Origin: Veleropilina oligotropha
Lineage: Eukaryota
DNA length: 64,000 nucleotides
NCBI GenBank assembly: GCA_048128005.1
Contig: JBEUKZ010000111.1
Span: 1-64,000 of the forward strand
Direction of reading: 5' to 3'
Below the pieces are notes generated by a model, which saw nothing but the letters and a program-made list of their open reading frames with translations, ran no database searches and had not been told where the DNA came from. Made by a program: the position numbers and the translations under genes. Each line of letters starts with the position of its first letter. Position 1 is the stretch's first letter. Positions 12,922 through 27,461 of this stretch are shown here, in pieces.

Positions 12922-15787
12922 CCCAATTTAATGAGTATCAAGTAATCATAAATAACATAAGATGGTGGAACATTTATACTGAAAATGATTCCAAAAGGTC
13001 ATTTCTTGCAATTTTTAAATTTTACATGTAAATAATTAGAAATTTTAATTAAAAAGTGTTATTAAACATTTATTGTCAAGAATATGATAATTGATTGAGC
13101 AGTAGTAAACGGTCTGGCCGGTCAGGCCATGGCCGGAGTGAGTTTCAGGCAGTGTGCGGAGATTTTATTTTCAAATTGCATGTTTTAGTTAATAATCTAC
13201 ACCACCTACCACGTAACGTGACTATTGCCCGAATTTTCGTGAATGTGTAGCATGACTGAACCGACTTTAACAGCCGGAAATTTGAACACAAAGACATTAC
13301 GGACAGCTATTTAATTTAAACTTTCATATCTACACACCATATCTGAGCCCCCAGACAACTATTATTTTTACTATTCTATCATATTTCGTTAACTTGATTA
13401 TAATGCATGTTAACCAAGATTGATAGCCATTTGATTTTTTCTGTTAAGTTTTGGCTACATCAGGTGACTATTTACCCCAATAAACTTCATATATAGGTTG
13501 ACCTGCTCTATTTTACGGTGTTGTAAATGGCAACTAAGATAAGAAAGATGACAAAACAAGCCACCCCTGGGCCTACTCCAACAATGTTAGAGTCTGCTAC
13601 TTCCTTACACCCCCTCCACTGCGTTCTTGAAGTTCTAAAATATTGCTAGGACTCCGCGACAACTTTGATATTATCTCATAATTATGACTTATTATATGTT
13701 AGCAATAGTCAGCGTAGGCGTTTGTTATTCTCTCAATGTGTCAAATGAATAAAGAATGTAGAGATGATGCCCACCTCAGCTGATCGATAACGTATTTTGA
13801 TCTAAAACGGAGAGCCGCACATTTTGGTCCAGAACGGACATGCGGACAGCCGGACGGTCAGCGAAGCTGCATCACTTATAGATGTGGTGCCCACCTAAAA
13901 ATCGGATAGACCTATTGAAAATGAAACATTAATTTTCAATTTAAATTATGATCTTTGCAATGAGAAAAAATGAAGAATAAAATGACATCAGTTTCTCGGA
14001 TCCTATGTTGTGCTGATAGCTTTAAATAGCAACTTACTCAATCATTTTAATTGCCCGATGGACCTATTTTTATATTTTAATTCCTCATCTTATCGGACAT
14101 TAACCCAGATCAACTGAGTCACCGCAAAAACTGAGAAATGTGAAAAAAACCGCAACAAATAAGATATTTCGTACATTTATATATTCGCAAAATATAAACT
14201 AGTCTAGCTAGTATTCACATCGATATAGATTTGAAAAGCTGAGCAAGAAAGATACTATTTCCCGTGTAAATGCGCTCTTTTTTCTTGAAAAGAAAACTAA
14301 CCGCATTACACTTTTTGTTTATAACATAAAAAGTTAGGAATTTTCAACACTCAACTTTTGTCAGTAATGTTTAAAAATAAATAAAAGCGGTCCACTTTTA
14401 ATTACATCACACCGAGTGACATTTCCAATTGAAACAGTTGCGTAGGTTTCGGCTCGTCAAGTAAGATAGCTTTCTACTTGACAATAATGTATATTGCCCC
14501 GTTACAATAACTTCAATAAAAGTCTACCATTTTACCATAATAGCCATCATATTTACGCGAAATTTGTGTCAATTTGCGCGGACCGTACGATAGAGGGTGA
14601 TCCGTCATGCTACACAGTCACAAATACATTTAGGAGCAATTAATAGTCTATTTAAAATATATTGAATGAAAATATGCGTCATTGTGGCTGTTGCGGTGGT
14701 TAATTAAGATGCGCTGTGCGGTGCAGTAATAATTTGTAATCATTCAATATAGCAGATATTATCTCCTAATTATGAGATAATATAATAATAATAGTCAATT
14801 TATAATGTGCTGTATTCCATGTAAAAACATGCTCTAAGCGCAGGAGGAAAATAGCTCTTGAAAAGATCATCAGTTTTAGGTTCACCACCAAAGTAAATAT
14901 GCACCCTGACAATTCACTCATAATTATGAGATAATATCTCATAATTAGGAGATATTAATAGCGAGCATGCAGTCCGAGCTCTTCACATAAATGCGTATAC
15001 GGAAAAGATAAAAGAACGAATACAAGGGCCTCAACAACATACTATGAATTAAAAATCGATGTAACGATGTGGAAGTATAATTATTCCTCTCTTCCGGTTA
15101 TGCGCAACTCACTCATCTTGTAGGTGATCCTGTCCACCCATTTCTTATTATTTTCCATTAGATAAATACCTATTGTAAGTAAGTTATTGAAATATGTATG
15201 TGTGCATAATATTATTATCAAATTTCGTTTTAAATATCCTTAATTTACATTTACGCGACCTGACATCACGCATTTTGAAGCAGATTTAGCCGAACAGCGT
15301 AAGGTCGACTATGCGCACGCCCGAGTCAGCGGTATCACGACAAAAAAATTTATCCCCATAGTAAATATGCACCCTCAGCCTGACAATTCGCCCCCAGCTC
15401 GAGGCCTAGACAAAAAAGAAGACATCGCACCAGCTCGAGGCCTAGACAAAAAAAGAAGACATCGCAGGGTACGGATTTCATAATTTGTATTTGTATATAA
15501 TCTCTATTCTGCGTTCGTATCTAGGTGCTACCGACAACATATTATTTATTTGCGAAGATGGCCCGTAGATTTGTAAGTGTAATCAATAAAGACATTTCAT
15601 TACTATATTTTCCTGACGTATGCATAATTTGCATGCTCGTCACTAAGTAGCCCTACTCCTATAACATATGAGACAGGGTTGACGTGCCTTTCATACCCTA
15701 CCTCATATATCCGAAGCACCGTTTATGACGAGATGGTCCCAGATGGATTTCGATGCGAGGGAACGGTTTTGGATCAAATTACTTATT

Positions 15788-16222
15788 AACAAGGACGACG
15801 CGTTCGAAATATGTCTTGACCTTTCTTTATTTCCCTCAAATTTTCATAACAGTTAATACAATGGCTAAGTGCAAGTACTTCATGGCTTAATTTACTACCC
15901 CGTCGATTGTGACGTCACCAAATGACGATTAATCTAAGGCGATGTCGTAATGACGTCATTGCCATTTGCTTGCAATATTAGACATCCGTTATATACAAAT
16001 ATGGATAAAAGTGCTCAATAAATGCATATTTTTGCAAAATTGTGTCGCGAAAGTTATATACACGACCTACAAATACTCTTGGGAATGTGTGTACCAATTT
16101 TGGTGAAAATTGAGCGGGTAGTTTTCAAATAAATCGACGGATATATATATATATAAGTATATACACACGGACCATTTGATAATGTCTTGTCCTTTTTTAC
16201 AAAAAGGTCAAGACATAAAAAT
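15788..16222. mobile_element. Second copy of the 12424-12921 element
   Basis: Shared termini and shared internal GAAAGTTATATACACGACCTACAAATA..GTAGTTTTCAAATAAATCGACGGATAT block. Confidence 0.7.
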
Positions 16223-17196
16223 ACAGTGAAACAAACAGTAAATACTTAAATTGTATAAATATACCTGTTAGTTTTTAGTGGTAAAATGCATTATTTGTCA
16301 ATGTTTAACCGTCAAACTTCTTTTCATAATATGACGCCATTTTCATCCTCGGTCGCGCCCTCTATATGAATAATTATCAATATGATATGAATTTAATGAC
16401 AAGAAAATCTGCGGAATTATATGTCTCCCCGCTTCAAATTTGACTGTTGCTGATGTACACCGGCAACAGTTCACTATATATAGCAGGTGTGTAACAATTA
16501 ACTGTTACCCACTGGAGATACTCTCCTGCAACACATTTGTATTGCGGGTGACCATCAGGAATACACCAGATGTACAGCGCCAACAATAAGTGGTCTGTAA
16601 GGGATACCTTTTGAGCAACAGACTCTAAGCTACGCAAAAACTTAACTGACTATGATGACAGTCACGGTACATACAATCTAGGTTATATATTAAGCATTCA
16701 AAGCATTCATAAAACAGCAGTGCCCATGAATCATCTATGGTCCGAATTATGTTGATCTAGAATTTATAATTTTTGAAAAACAGAGATAAACACAAAAACT
16801 TAACGTTAAAACTTAATCCAGATTACTATGATGACAAAGTCACGGTACATCAAATCTAGGTTATATATCAAGCATCCGAAGCATTCGGTACACAACAGTC
16901 CCCATCAAGCATCTATGGTCCAAGTTATGTTGATCTGTAACATATAGTTTTTGAGAAACAGATTGAGCTAAACGCAAAAGTTTATCAATTGTTGCCGTCG
17001 CCGACAGAAAAGCAATACCTATAGTCTCTTTCCCTTCGGGCGAGACAAAAACCAAATGCTAACGTCACAAAATGGTGACGTCTTCTGTTTACATTCTAAA
17101 AGTTAAAAACCATCCGTTGTGTGTTCCAAAGTAGCTTTTCGGTGTTAATTGGGGCAGCATGTGATGAAATTTGCTATAAATGAACATATACCGATG

Positions 17197-18022
17197 CTAC
17201 TCCAACAATGTTAGAGCCTGCTATAGTTCCTAATACCAGACTCTAACGGCTGAGCTGAAATTTCTCACCGCAGAATAATCTCAAGGTGAAAATCACGTCC
17301 CGTGGCGAAAAATGCTAAATTTCAATAAAGTAACTACAGTTTATCACTTACTTGCATCGATATATGTTCCTTTATATCAAATTTCATCACATGCTGCCCC
17401 AATTTTGTTACCTTAACACCGAAAAGCTACTTTGGAACACAAAACGAACGGTTTTTAACTTTCACAATGCAAACAGAAGACGGTCGCTATTTTGGGACGT
17501 TAGCGTTACGTTTTCATTAAATCCACCAATCAAATCATTAGCCAATAGATGGCGCGACCGAGGAGGAAAATACCGTCAACAAGTCAATGACGGTTAAACA
17601 TTAACAAATAATGCTGTTTTATTGTACATTATGACAACAAAATCAATAAAAACTAACAGGTATGTGTATATTCATGCATATTTATACAATTTATGTATTT
17701 ACTGTTTGCTTCACTGTATTTTTAATAAATAATTTGATCCAAAACCGTTCCCGACGGATTTCGTCGGGAACCTGCTCGTCATAAATGGTGCTTGGGAGAT
17801 ATGAGGTAGGGTTGGGAAGGCACGTCAACCCGGTCTCATATGTTATAGGTGTCATACTGATGCAAGTAATTTATGTGATAAACTGCAGTTACTTTATTGA
17901 AATTTAGTATTTTTCACCACGGGCCGTGAATTTCACCTTTAGAATATTCTGCGGTGAGAAATGTTAGCTCAGCCGTTAGAGTCTGATTAGGAACTATAGC
18001 AGGCTCTAACGTTGTTGAAGTA
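17197..18022. mobile_element. MITE with ~155-bp terminal inverted repeats
   Basis: CTACTCCAACAATGTTAGAGCCTGCTATAGTTCC...GTTTATCAC (17197-17350) is the imperfect reverse complement of ~17870-18022. The same terminus recurs at ~13572 and ~21846-22536. Confidence 0.75.
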
Positions 18023-19165
18023 TAGGTAGCACCTATAGCTGTAGCATATTATTTTATGCTATGACAGTTCTATGCTTCCGTATAAAGCAAACACATCTGT
18101 TAGTTGAATATATTCCAAGCCTGCACTCCCAATATTAGCCAATTTCAATGCACAACAAGGATGGAAGTTTTTGATGTAATAACTATGTCTGATATTGTCC
18201 AATTGTAATTCTCAAAATGACACTTTCGGTAAAATTTGGCTCATCAAAACTGTATGCCTGTATTCACAAATTACTAAATTAAAACAACCAGCCATGTTGG
18301 TGTGCCAAGATCTTCTTTATGTATTGCAGGTAGAGTTAAAATTTATACATAAGTTATCAGGCCTTGCGATATAAGGCGCGCGATCGCTCCGGCGCGCCAT
18401 CGCTCGCCTCGATGTAATTTTAGGTGAGTGATTATCGCGCGCCTTGAGCATTTTAGGTGCGCGATAGCGATTTTCTTATATTGCCGTTAATAACATGAAC
18501 TCACCCATCGTAGGTGTGTCTTTTCTGATAAAGTACGTGAAAATATCTTAAGTGTTTTAATAAATTACGTCTATTTTCCTGTTTAATGTTGTAATGTGTA
18601 GGCCTAAACGTCGCTATAAAGTATCGCCCGTTCCACTTTCTGACCGTTGCGATGACAACACCTGCTTATTACTGCGCATTGTTTTAGAGCAGCGCCACTA
18701 GACGCTCTTCCTCCCAACAGCAGCCGCGCTTGACATGTAAAGTGTCACCGCGTGCTCTCGTTTAATTGTACTCGCATTAGTGTGCGTAATGTCGAAAGAG
18801 GCCAAAGGGAACTTTGTTCAATGCAGTACTTTCTGTCCATGGAATGTTAGTGAAATATTATTTATTTTCCCGCTCGTACCCGGAGTTATCCCCACTGCTC
18901 TCAAATAGAAAAGAGCAAGTTTTCTTTTACAATGTAGAATAGCGAAATCACGTTTCTGCGAAGGAGAGTTGGGCGGCAAATGAAAGGACCAGGAAATTCC
19001 GCAACTCATGAATACATTGATTGGTTTTAAATTTTGTAATGTTATTGTTTACAACAATAATGATAACCATGCTAATAAAGTATCAACATCATGCGAACAA
19101 ACATTGTGACATTTGTCATAGTATCATAATTTATTTTCTATACTTTTAAATTGGTATACGTATTA

Positions 19166-20082
19166 CAACAAGTGATTGCCACTAAGTGGCGATTTCCCCC
19201 GCCCGTATTATTGACCACCAGGGTCTCCGCCAGGAGGGCAAAAGGGTAAAACTACATACCCAAAAAAAAGAAGAAGATAGGGATACATACCCAAAATAGT
19301 TTGTATATATATATTTTTTGTGATTGTCAGAACGAGATCTTCTGTGACACGGCACGATATTCTATGACACACTACCATTGTCACTGAAAAGCTCTGACAG
19401 TTGTTGCCAAATGAATTTCGTGACTTAATTTCTAATAAAATAAAAGTCTGTAAAGGAAAAATAATTTAGTGAGTTTTGGGTACAAATTTAAGTGCAAAGT
19501 TGTCAAAAATTATAAAATTTTTAAAATAAATTCTCAATAATCGAACTTGATCTACCCCATGATGTGATTTGTTGATCTGTAAAGTTTTGCAAAGCTAGCA
19601 TTTCTCTAAATGCAAAAAATTGTTGTGATAAAATTGACCACACCCATGCTTGCCGAGACTATGTTCAAAATCGCCGAAAAGTTGCAATAAAAACATAACA
19701 TTTTAAAATAAATTCCAAATATTCGAACTTGATCTACCCAATGATGTGGTTAGTTGACCTGTAAAGTTTCAGAAAGCTAGCATTTCTCTAAATGTAAAAA
19801 ATTGTTGACGGAAAATTGACCACATCCATGCTTCCAGAGACATATGTTCAAAATAGTCAAAAAGTTGCCAAAAATCATAAGTTTTCATAATAAATTTCCA
19901 ATATTCGAACTTGATCTACTCAATGATGTGGTTAATTGACCTGTACAGTTTCGGAAAGCTACTATTTCTCTAAATGACAAAAAAAGATGACAGAAAAATC
20001 CGGGACGGAAACACGGACGCACGGACGGACGGACGCACGTGAATACTATGTCCCCCGTCCGCCTCGCGGCAGGGGACAATAA
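19166..20082 (-). mobile_element. HINE/DINE-1-like element with internal ~180-bp tandem repeats
   Basis: AACAAG plus hairpin (ATTGCCAC-TAA-GTGGCGAT), three CGAACTTGATCTAC units, GACG microsatellite, terminal hairpin TGTCCCC..GGGGACA then ATAA. Confidence 0.6.
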
Positions 20083-20516
20083 TGAATTGATACATGAACT
20101 ATCATATTCACTTAGTAACAGAGATACAGAAATTGGTCAGTTATTTCCAAAGTCAAATTGGATAATGCTTTTCATAATATTCCCACCTATATTACTGTGT
20201 TTAAGACACTGTGCTACGATTTATGATTGATAAATCCAGCATTCGGACATAACCTAAAAAAATTGAGGAGAGTGATTATCACTCTCCTGCATGTTACAAA
20301 CCGCAAGGCCTGCATGATAAGATCTCTTAGTAATTTTAAACATGTATTTCCATATAATTATTTCAAATTTTATTTTTAAAAAAGTTGTACTTTGTTTATT
20401 TAATAAAAGACAATAGAACTAAGATAAGTACTGCGACACCAAAAGTCACTTAAGAGATGATTATCGACAAGCAAAAAGGGGCGCACAAAAACGAATGAAC
20501 TGTCGCGAACTCTATC

Positions 20517-20750
20517 GGTCCTCTGAATGAGGCGTACACTTGTCACTTGTGCGCATGCGCGGAGGTAGTTGGGTCATCTCAGTTCGTTGGGCGTTACGGT
20601 CCCTGAACTGAAACTAACCCTAACCCCTAACCCTGAACTGAAACTAACCCTAACCCTAATTATATTGATGCCACACTCAGTCAGTGGATGTTGATCCCAT
20701 CAGCCTGACATGCGCACAACTGGCAAGTGTACGCCTGAGTCAGGGCACCG
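20517..20750. mobile_element. Small MITE containing CCCTAA hexamers
   Basis: Imperfect TIRs CGGTCCTCTGAATGAGGCGTACACTTG / CAAGTGTACGCCTGAGTCAGGGCACCG; TAT on both flanks; internal CTAACCCTAACCC repeats. Confidence 0.65.
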
Positions 20751-20834
20751 TATAGTTCAACAGTATTCGCAGCCAGGTGTCCTCGCTCAGTACGTCCTCG
20801 CCCAGGACGTCCTCGTTCAATACAATGTACAGAC

Positions 20835-21000
20835 AAGTTGGGATATCTGGCTCACTACTTCATTGGTTTCATAATTACCTAGAAGGACGATCGCATCTAT
20901 AGAGTAACAATAGAAGGTTCAAAGTCTCTCTACTTAGAAGTCAATGCAGGCGTCCCACAGGGGTCGATATTAGGTCCCATATTATTTGACAAACCTTCTA
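20835..21000 (+). pseudogene. Short CR1-type LINE reverse-transcriptase fragment
   Basis: GGCGTCCCACAGGGGTCGATATTAGGTCCCATATTATTT encodes GVPQGSILGPILF; WFHNYL lies upstream in another frame. Confidence 0.6.
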
Positions 21001-21635
21001 TATTATTATACGCAATGAAATCATATTTGAACAGAACCCGGGGTCATTATTCAACAGTTGAAAAGTGACGATAGGACGTATGTTCAACGGGGGTGCCTTT
21101 TCAATCCGTGTGAGCCATTTAAAAATGACCCCCATCAGTTGAAAACATACCCAGGGTCTTTATTCAATGTTGATAAGGTACCCGGGGTCATTATTCAACA
21201 GTTGAAAAGGCACCCAAGGCCATTATTCAACGTTGAAAAGTGACCCCTGCGGTCACTTTTCAACGGGGTGCCTTTTCAATCTTACACCGGCTCTGATTCA
21301 CTCGTGCTTGACTGCAATTTGTAAACAGGAGAGGATTCGAATCCACGGCAGGGCAATGCATCTCTCTGTTCAGTTATCAGTCACAGTTAAATTATTAAAT
21401 ACTAGTATATGATTGTGAGGCATAAAATAATATATCAATAAAAGATTTTAAAACTCACTATTAGTGCCATAAACTATAGCGAGTGCGACATGGCGGAGTA
21501 CAAAAGTATTTTAACTACACGCGTTATCTCTCTTAATTATGTCATCTCTGCGAGGACGTTACAGCGTACCAGACGAGGACAGGACGCTACGAACACTACT
21601 CGTATAGTTCGCTACACCGGGTAGACGTGCCTTTC

Positions 21636-21728
21636 TAGCCGGATAAATCTGCCCCTAATTACAAGCTCAAAATTATGACGGTCGCGTGTAATTTTGAGCT
21701 TGTAATTAGGGGCAGATTTATCGGGCTA
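21636..21728. mobile_element. 93-bp palindromic MITE, Mutator/foldback-like, 9-bp TSD
   Basis: Near-perfect hairpin TAGCCGGATAAATCTGCCCC...GGGGCAGATTTATCGGGCTA; TSD GTGCCTTTC at 21627-21635 and 21729-21737. Confidence 0.85.
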
Positions 21729-21868
21729 GTGCCTTTCATACTCTGATTATCATTAGGAACGAATATATACAAGTCAACTCACCGCCAATTATTTAGAGTC
21801 AACTCACCGCCATGTCAACTCACCGCCTGGTTGACCTGTTACCTTAGGAACTATAGCAGGCTCTAACG

Positions 21869-22514
21869 TAGTCCGATAAATCTGCCCCTATTTACAAGCT
21901 CGAAATCCTGACGGTCGCGTGTATAGGGTCAGATGTCGCGGCTATTAAAAAGGCGAAGATCTGTAACCCAAATCTAGCGACAGCGATATCGACACCTTTA
22001 CGTGCCATACGGCGAATCTTTCGATACCCACACATCAATAAACCATTTAACACTCACCTGCCTTTATTGTTCATCAATCCTAGTGACATAAGTCACATTT
22101 TAAGCTTATATTGTTACTCGAAACGTGTTAATTTTACGCCATTATCAAACCGACAGGCCAGTCGCATCGACCAATCAGAGTGGCTTCCGGCTGGTTAAGC
22201 CACTCTGATTGGTCGATGCGACTGGCCTGTCGGTTTGATAATGGCGTGAAATTAACACGTTTCGAGTAACAATATAAGCTTAAAATGTGACTTATGTCAC
22301 TAGGATTGATGAACAATAAAGGCAGGTGAGTGTTAAATGGTTTATTGATGTGTGGGTATCGAAAGATTCGCCGTATGGCACGTAAAGGTGTCGATATCGC
22401 TGTCGCTAGATTTGGGTTACAGATCTTCGCCTTTTTAATAGCCGCGACATCTGACCCTATACACGCGACCGTCAGGATTTCGAGCTTGTAAATAGGGGCA
22501 GATTTATCGGACTA
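21869..22514. mobile_element. 646-bp foldback element (318-bp arms, 10-bp spacer), Mutator-like, 9-bp TSD
   Basis: Arms 21869-22186 and 22197-22514 are near-perfect reverse complements; TSD GCTCTAACG at 21860-21868 and 22515-22523; termini match the 93-bp element. Confidence 0.9.
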
Positions 22515-25500
22515 GCTCTAACGTTGTTGGAGTAGCCTTGCTGTTGCTTCAGTTACCATGCAGGTTACACTTAGCTGCTTAGGCTCAGAAACCAACTGAA
22601 TATATGCGTTAGTCAAGCGACGATAACGTTTCCTTTCTTACCATTTAAACGTCATAATCTGGATAAGTACGCTGCTTTATACGAGATCATGTCAATATAA
22701 TTTTACACAAATAATGCATGCTTCATCTTTCGAAATTATTCATCGAGAATAAGGAAATAGAAACCGGAGTATGAGTCATCGAGAATAAGGAAATAAAAAC
22801 CGGAGTACGAGTTCAATGGAAGCAAACGTTATCTAACTATAGGCTAACTATTGAAGTTGAACGTTTTTATAAAAACAAAGCGATAGCAAACGGAAAGATT
22901 TGATCTGATTTGAATCAGTTTAGCTGTACGATCACATTTTAACATTATTTCAGTCGTATACTTTTTAATTTATTTGGATGACCGATTGACGGAAGTTGTC
23001 AAATGGCGTTTATTATCTCAGAATGCGTTAGGCGACGTTTGCTAACGTTCGCTTTTATTGAACCCACCCAGGGGGATTCCGTGGGATTTCAGTTGGTTTC
23101 CCCATATATGATCATGTGGTTACAATTGGAGGAGACAACTCTCTATTGGCTGCATAGTGTATTGGATAAATATGCGTCCGGGGATATTTTGATTGAAGAA
23201 TGGAATGATATACAACAGAAGCAAATTAATCATACCCTTATCAACGCGATCCGTTGACGATGCAGTGCTGTCACGAATGCACAATTTAAATTATTATCAA
23301 TTTATACACGCTTTAAATTTTATTATTAAATTAATAAACAATGCGCTGGAATAACATTTTATCCCCTGCGATACAGTCGCATATGCAGTACCGCGATATT
23401 GTAGAGACTCAGGATAAATACAAACATGAAGTCATAAATATACAAAAGCAATATCTGGAGTAACCAGAATGATATCTTGATTTTTGGCTCGCATGCAACG
23501 CAGATGCATTATTAAATATATTAAAAATTGCACACATGATGAACGTAGGCTTGCTTGCTTGCTTGGCAATGACCGATTCCAAAAGTTTAGATTACCATCA
23601 TGCCATTTAGTTATCGATTTGTCAACACTTTTAAATTGAATTAAGGAAAAAAAACATCAATTTAAATGATGTATCAAATACCATATTTTCAAAATATAAA
23701 TCAAAATATCGTCGCACGAGAATTGTTATATGTCCACATTCGTTGAATAAGAGAAATCGGCGACCAAAGATTTGGCTCATCATAAAATAGTATTTCTCCA
23801 CATATAAGTTATGTTAATCAGTATTTACCACAAAGTCTGGCCACTTAATATGATATTTCCTTAAATAAACCAAAACTAGGGAAAACTAGTATTATGTTTA
23901 GTAATAATGACGATTTCTTTGCTTGGACATACAACATATTTGTCATAAACGCATATGCACTTTTGATAGATCTATAATGTTCTATTTCCATTTGCATTGA
24001 TTAATGTAGCTAAAATATCACCTAATTTTTCCCGTTTTAAAATATGATGTCACACAGGATCGTGCATATTGATCATAGCAAGGTATAACGGCAGATATAG
24101 CCTGTGTATATCACACGCCCAGCAGCTGTGTCGGTTATGTAATTAAGTTTATTTAGGCCACTGGCCAAACCATGTTACATCACATAGAAATACATTGTAC
24201 AGACATAACAAGGCTACAAATACAGATACGTATTAACATTAATCAATATTATTTAATACTTTGTACAGTTCCATAATGTCAAAAATATATTTAGACAGAA
24301 AATACAGTATATTATTCTTCTTCTCTGATAGTAAATTAATGAATTTAAAAATGGTAGGTTGGAATGTGTAATACTGAGGCAAGTAGGCCTACTTAACTCT
24401 GATAAAGCGATAATTAGGACAGACAAGGAGGATGTGGTATTCGTCCTCTAGGAGGTTACATTGTTCGCATAATCTTAAATGGCGTTGTCGTCTAATTGAA
24501 TTCCATCTACCCATTTCTATCATAAAGTAGTGCGAACTCATACGAAAACGTGACATAGCAATTATGTACGTATTACGTTCTAAACTAGGTAGGCTAAATA
24601 ATGGGCAAATTTAAACTCATTCTATTGTTTGTAGTAATGTGCCCTTGAGCAATTTTGCATATCATTTCTCTAGCTTTGTACAAAGTTATCCTGCAATCTG
24701 GTTTTAAATTTTAAATTCTAAAATAAAGGCATTAACATCCCATGCACCTTGGTTCTCCCATACACACCCAAATCCATATGTATATAGCATATTTTTTACA
24801 TTGTGACCCATGTTATTGTTTGTGGATGATCGCGTAATATTTGCACTATCGTTTAGTACATTACAAGGATCAACTTATGATCGGTCGATGACAGTATTTT
24901 AAACAAGTAGTTGATTATTCGTACATATCTTTCAATTTGGAGATTATATACACCAAGTTCTCCATATATCAAATTGTCTTAACGCCAAGTAATTCATTGT
25001 AGAATTTTAGACGAACTATTTCCACGTCCCTCCCCTTATGGAATCCCCACAATTCGCAGTTGTAGTTCAGAATAGGACTAACAACAGTATCGAAAACAGA
25101 CATTTTAGTTCTAACATTCAAGTTGGGATAGACTATAAAATATTTCTTTAGACTATAAACAGCCTTCAAAGCTTGTTCCGACAATGCTTGTTTGTGCTGC
25201 ATTGAATTTTCCAGTTGAAGAAAACACCATTCCCAGATATTTAAAATTGTTCGCAAATTCAATTTCTTTCCAATTATTGTATAGCTTTTCCGTTTTCGCT
25301 TTCGTCTTGACAACATTAACAGTTAATCCATTTCTATAACAATAAGATTCTAAACACAGTATTCCATCCTGTGCTGTAATCCCTTGCATGTTTCTGCAAA
25401 CATTGCTGTGTCGTCAGCAAATAAAATAGCAAATAATTTCACATAATAGTCTAGATTAACTCCCATTGAATCAAATTTTTTAAAGAATTTTCAATATCGT

Positions 25501-27461
25501 TAACAAACATGGCAAATAACATTGGAGAAAGGCTTTCGCCTTGACGTACTCCTAGACTACAGTTAAAGAATTCGAATACATTATTTCCTTGACGAACACA
25601 TGATTTTATGTCATACCTTTCAATAGTTTAATACTTTTGGTACTACAACCTTCCTCCAGAAGTTTGCACCACAATACATCTCTATCGATATAGCCTTCTT
25701 AAAGTCGACGAAAAGACAGTAAAGTTTTCTGTTTTTGCGGAACATAATATCAATTAAACTACAATCAGTGGTTGAGTGCTGGGTTTTGAATCCGAATTGA
25801 ACTTCGTTATAGATTGAGTTATGTTCGGCCCAGTCACTTAGCCTATTATTGAGAAAAATAGTAAACAGTGTACTAAAACAACTCAATAACGTAATCCCTC
25901 TATAATTGTCGGCTTCATGAATGTTTCCCTTTTTATGGATAGGAACAATAATACCTATTTTCCACTCTGACGGGAATATCCCAGTATTAAAAATAGCATT
26001 GAAAAGTATATGGATATATGGTACAAGTGTATCTTTTCCTTCAACAAAAAAGTCATTAATAATCATGTCATATCCACTAGACTTATTTCTTTTTATGCTA
26101 TTTATTGCTAAATTGATCTCTTAATTAATATTCTACAGATATATTTCTATCAAGTTCTTTTACACTTTGACTAATACATTCCCAATTTACATTTGACGAA
26201 GTACGTTTCACGTTTTCATCAAGGGGAGGTTTTATTTCTGGATTCATTAACTTATTGAAATAATCTGTAAAATTACAGTTCGGTGTTCTAGCAACCTTTT
26301 TTCGTTTAGCTTTCAGTTTTTTTCAAAATGCTTTTGAATTAGACTTGCATAATTTAATAAGATCATCGCATTCTTGTTTACTGAAAACATTTAATTTTCG
26401 TCTGCAAAGTGCTCGGTAAATATTTGGAGCTCTAACATATTGGAATCTATATTCTCTTCTGATGTATTATGGGCATCTTTACAGTCATTATCGTACCAAT
26501 TATGTATGATTTTGTTTTAATTATTTTTATTATTTATCCTTTTCTTAAATAATTCGTCTGCTGCTTTGTGAATTACATCTGTTATTAGTGAAACACCGTT
26601 GTCTATTACATTTTGGTCAGCATTTTCATTATCTAAAATACGTATTGCTGCATCTAATACACACAGTATGTCATCGTTGTTTAGCTTCGATATGTAATCA
26701 TTAGATTTTGCAGGTTGCCATTTCGTGTACAGGTCATCACTGGTTTCTCTGTGTTCTTGTGTTATTACATGAGTGCGCCCAATCATGGTCACAGACACGG
26801 TACAATGGTCTAATAATACTGAGGGTAATATTTATAGATTAGTATAGTATTTAAACATACATACTGGGCTTAGCATATAATCAATCACACTTCGACCCTG
26901 TGCATTGCAATAAAAGGTGAATTTCCTATGCCTTTGTCATTTCCAACTCGGCCATTCAATATTCTTTACCTAGTAGCTTTACACAGATCAAGCAACTTTC
27001 TACCGTGGTCATTTATATTATTGTCTTCGGATGCTCTCTCTGGAGAATGACCTGATAACAATATTGTCTCCGTGTCGTTAATGGTATCAGACAGGTTATC
27101 ATTAGTAAACGAAAAATCATCATTTATAATGGTATAAAATTCCATATAATCTGGCTTATTTGACGTTCTAGCATTGAAGTCTCCTAATAAAAATACATCT
27201 CCAATATTACTATACAATGCAATGTCATTTTCTAACAATTGCAATAAATTTTCGTTTACACAAAATGGTGATCCTGTTGGTGATACATATACACAGCATA
27301 AAAATACATCTTTATCAAACCCAAATATGTCACTTCGTAATTTTAACCACATCATGTCCTTATGATCGTTTCTGATTAACTCCACACCTTTGCTAATTGA
27401 CGTTTTAACATAAATTGCCAATCCCCCTGAATGCCTCTTGCATTTTTTATTTTTTGCGACA

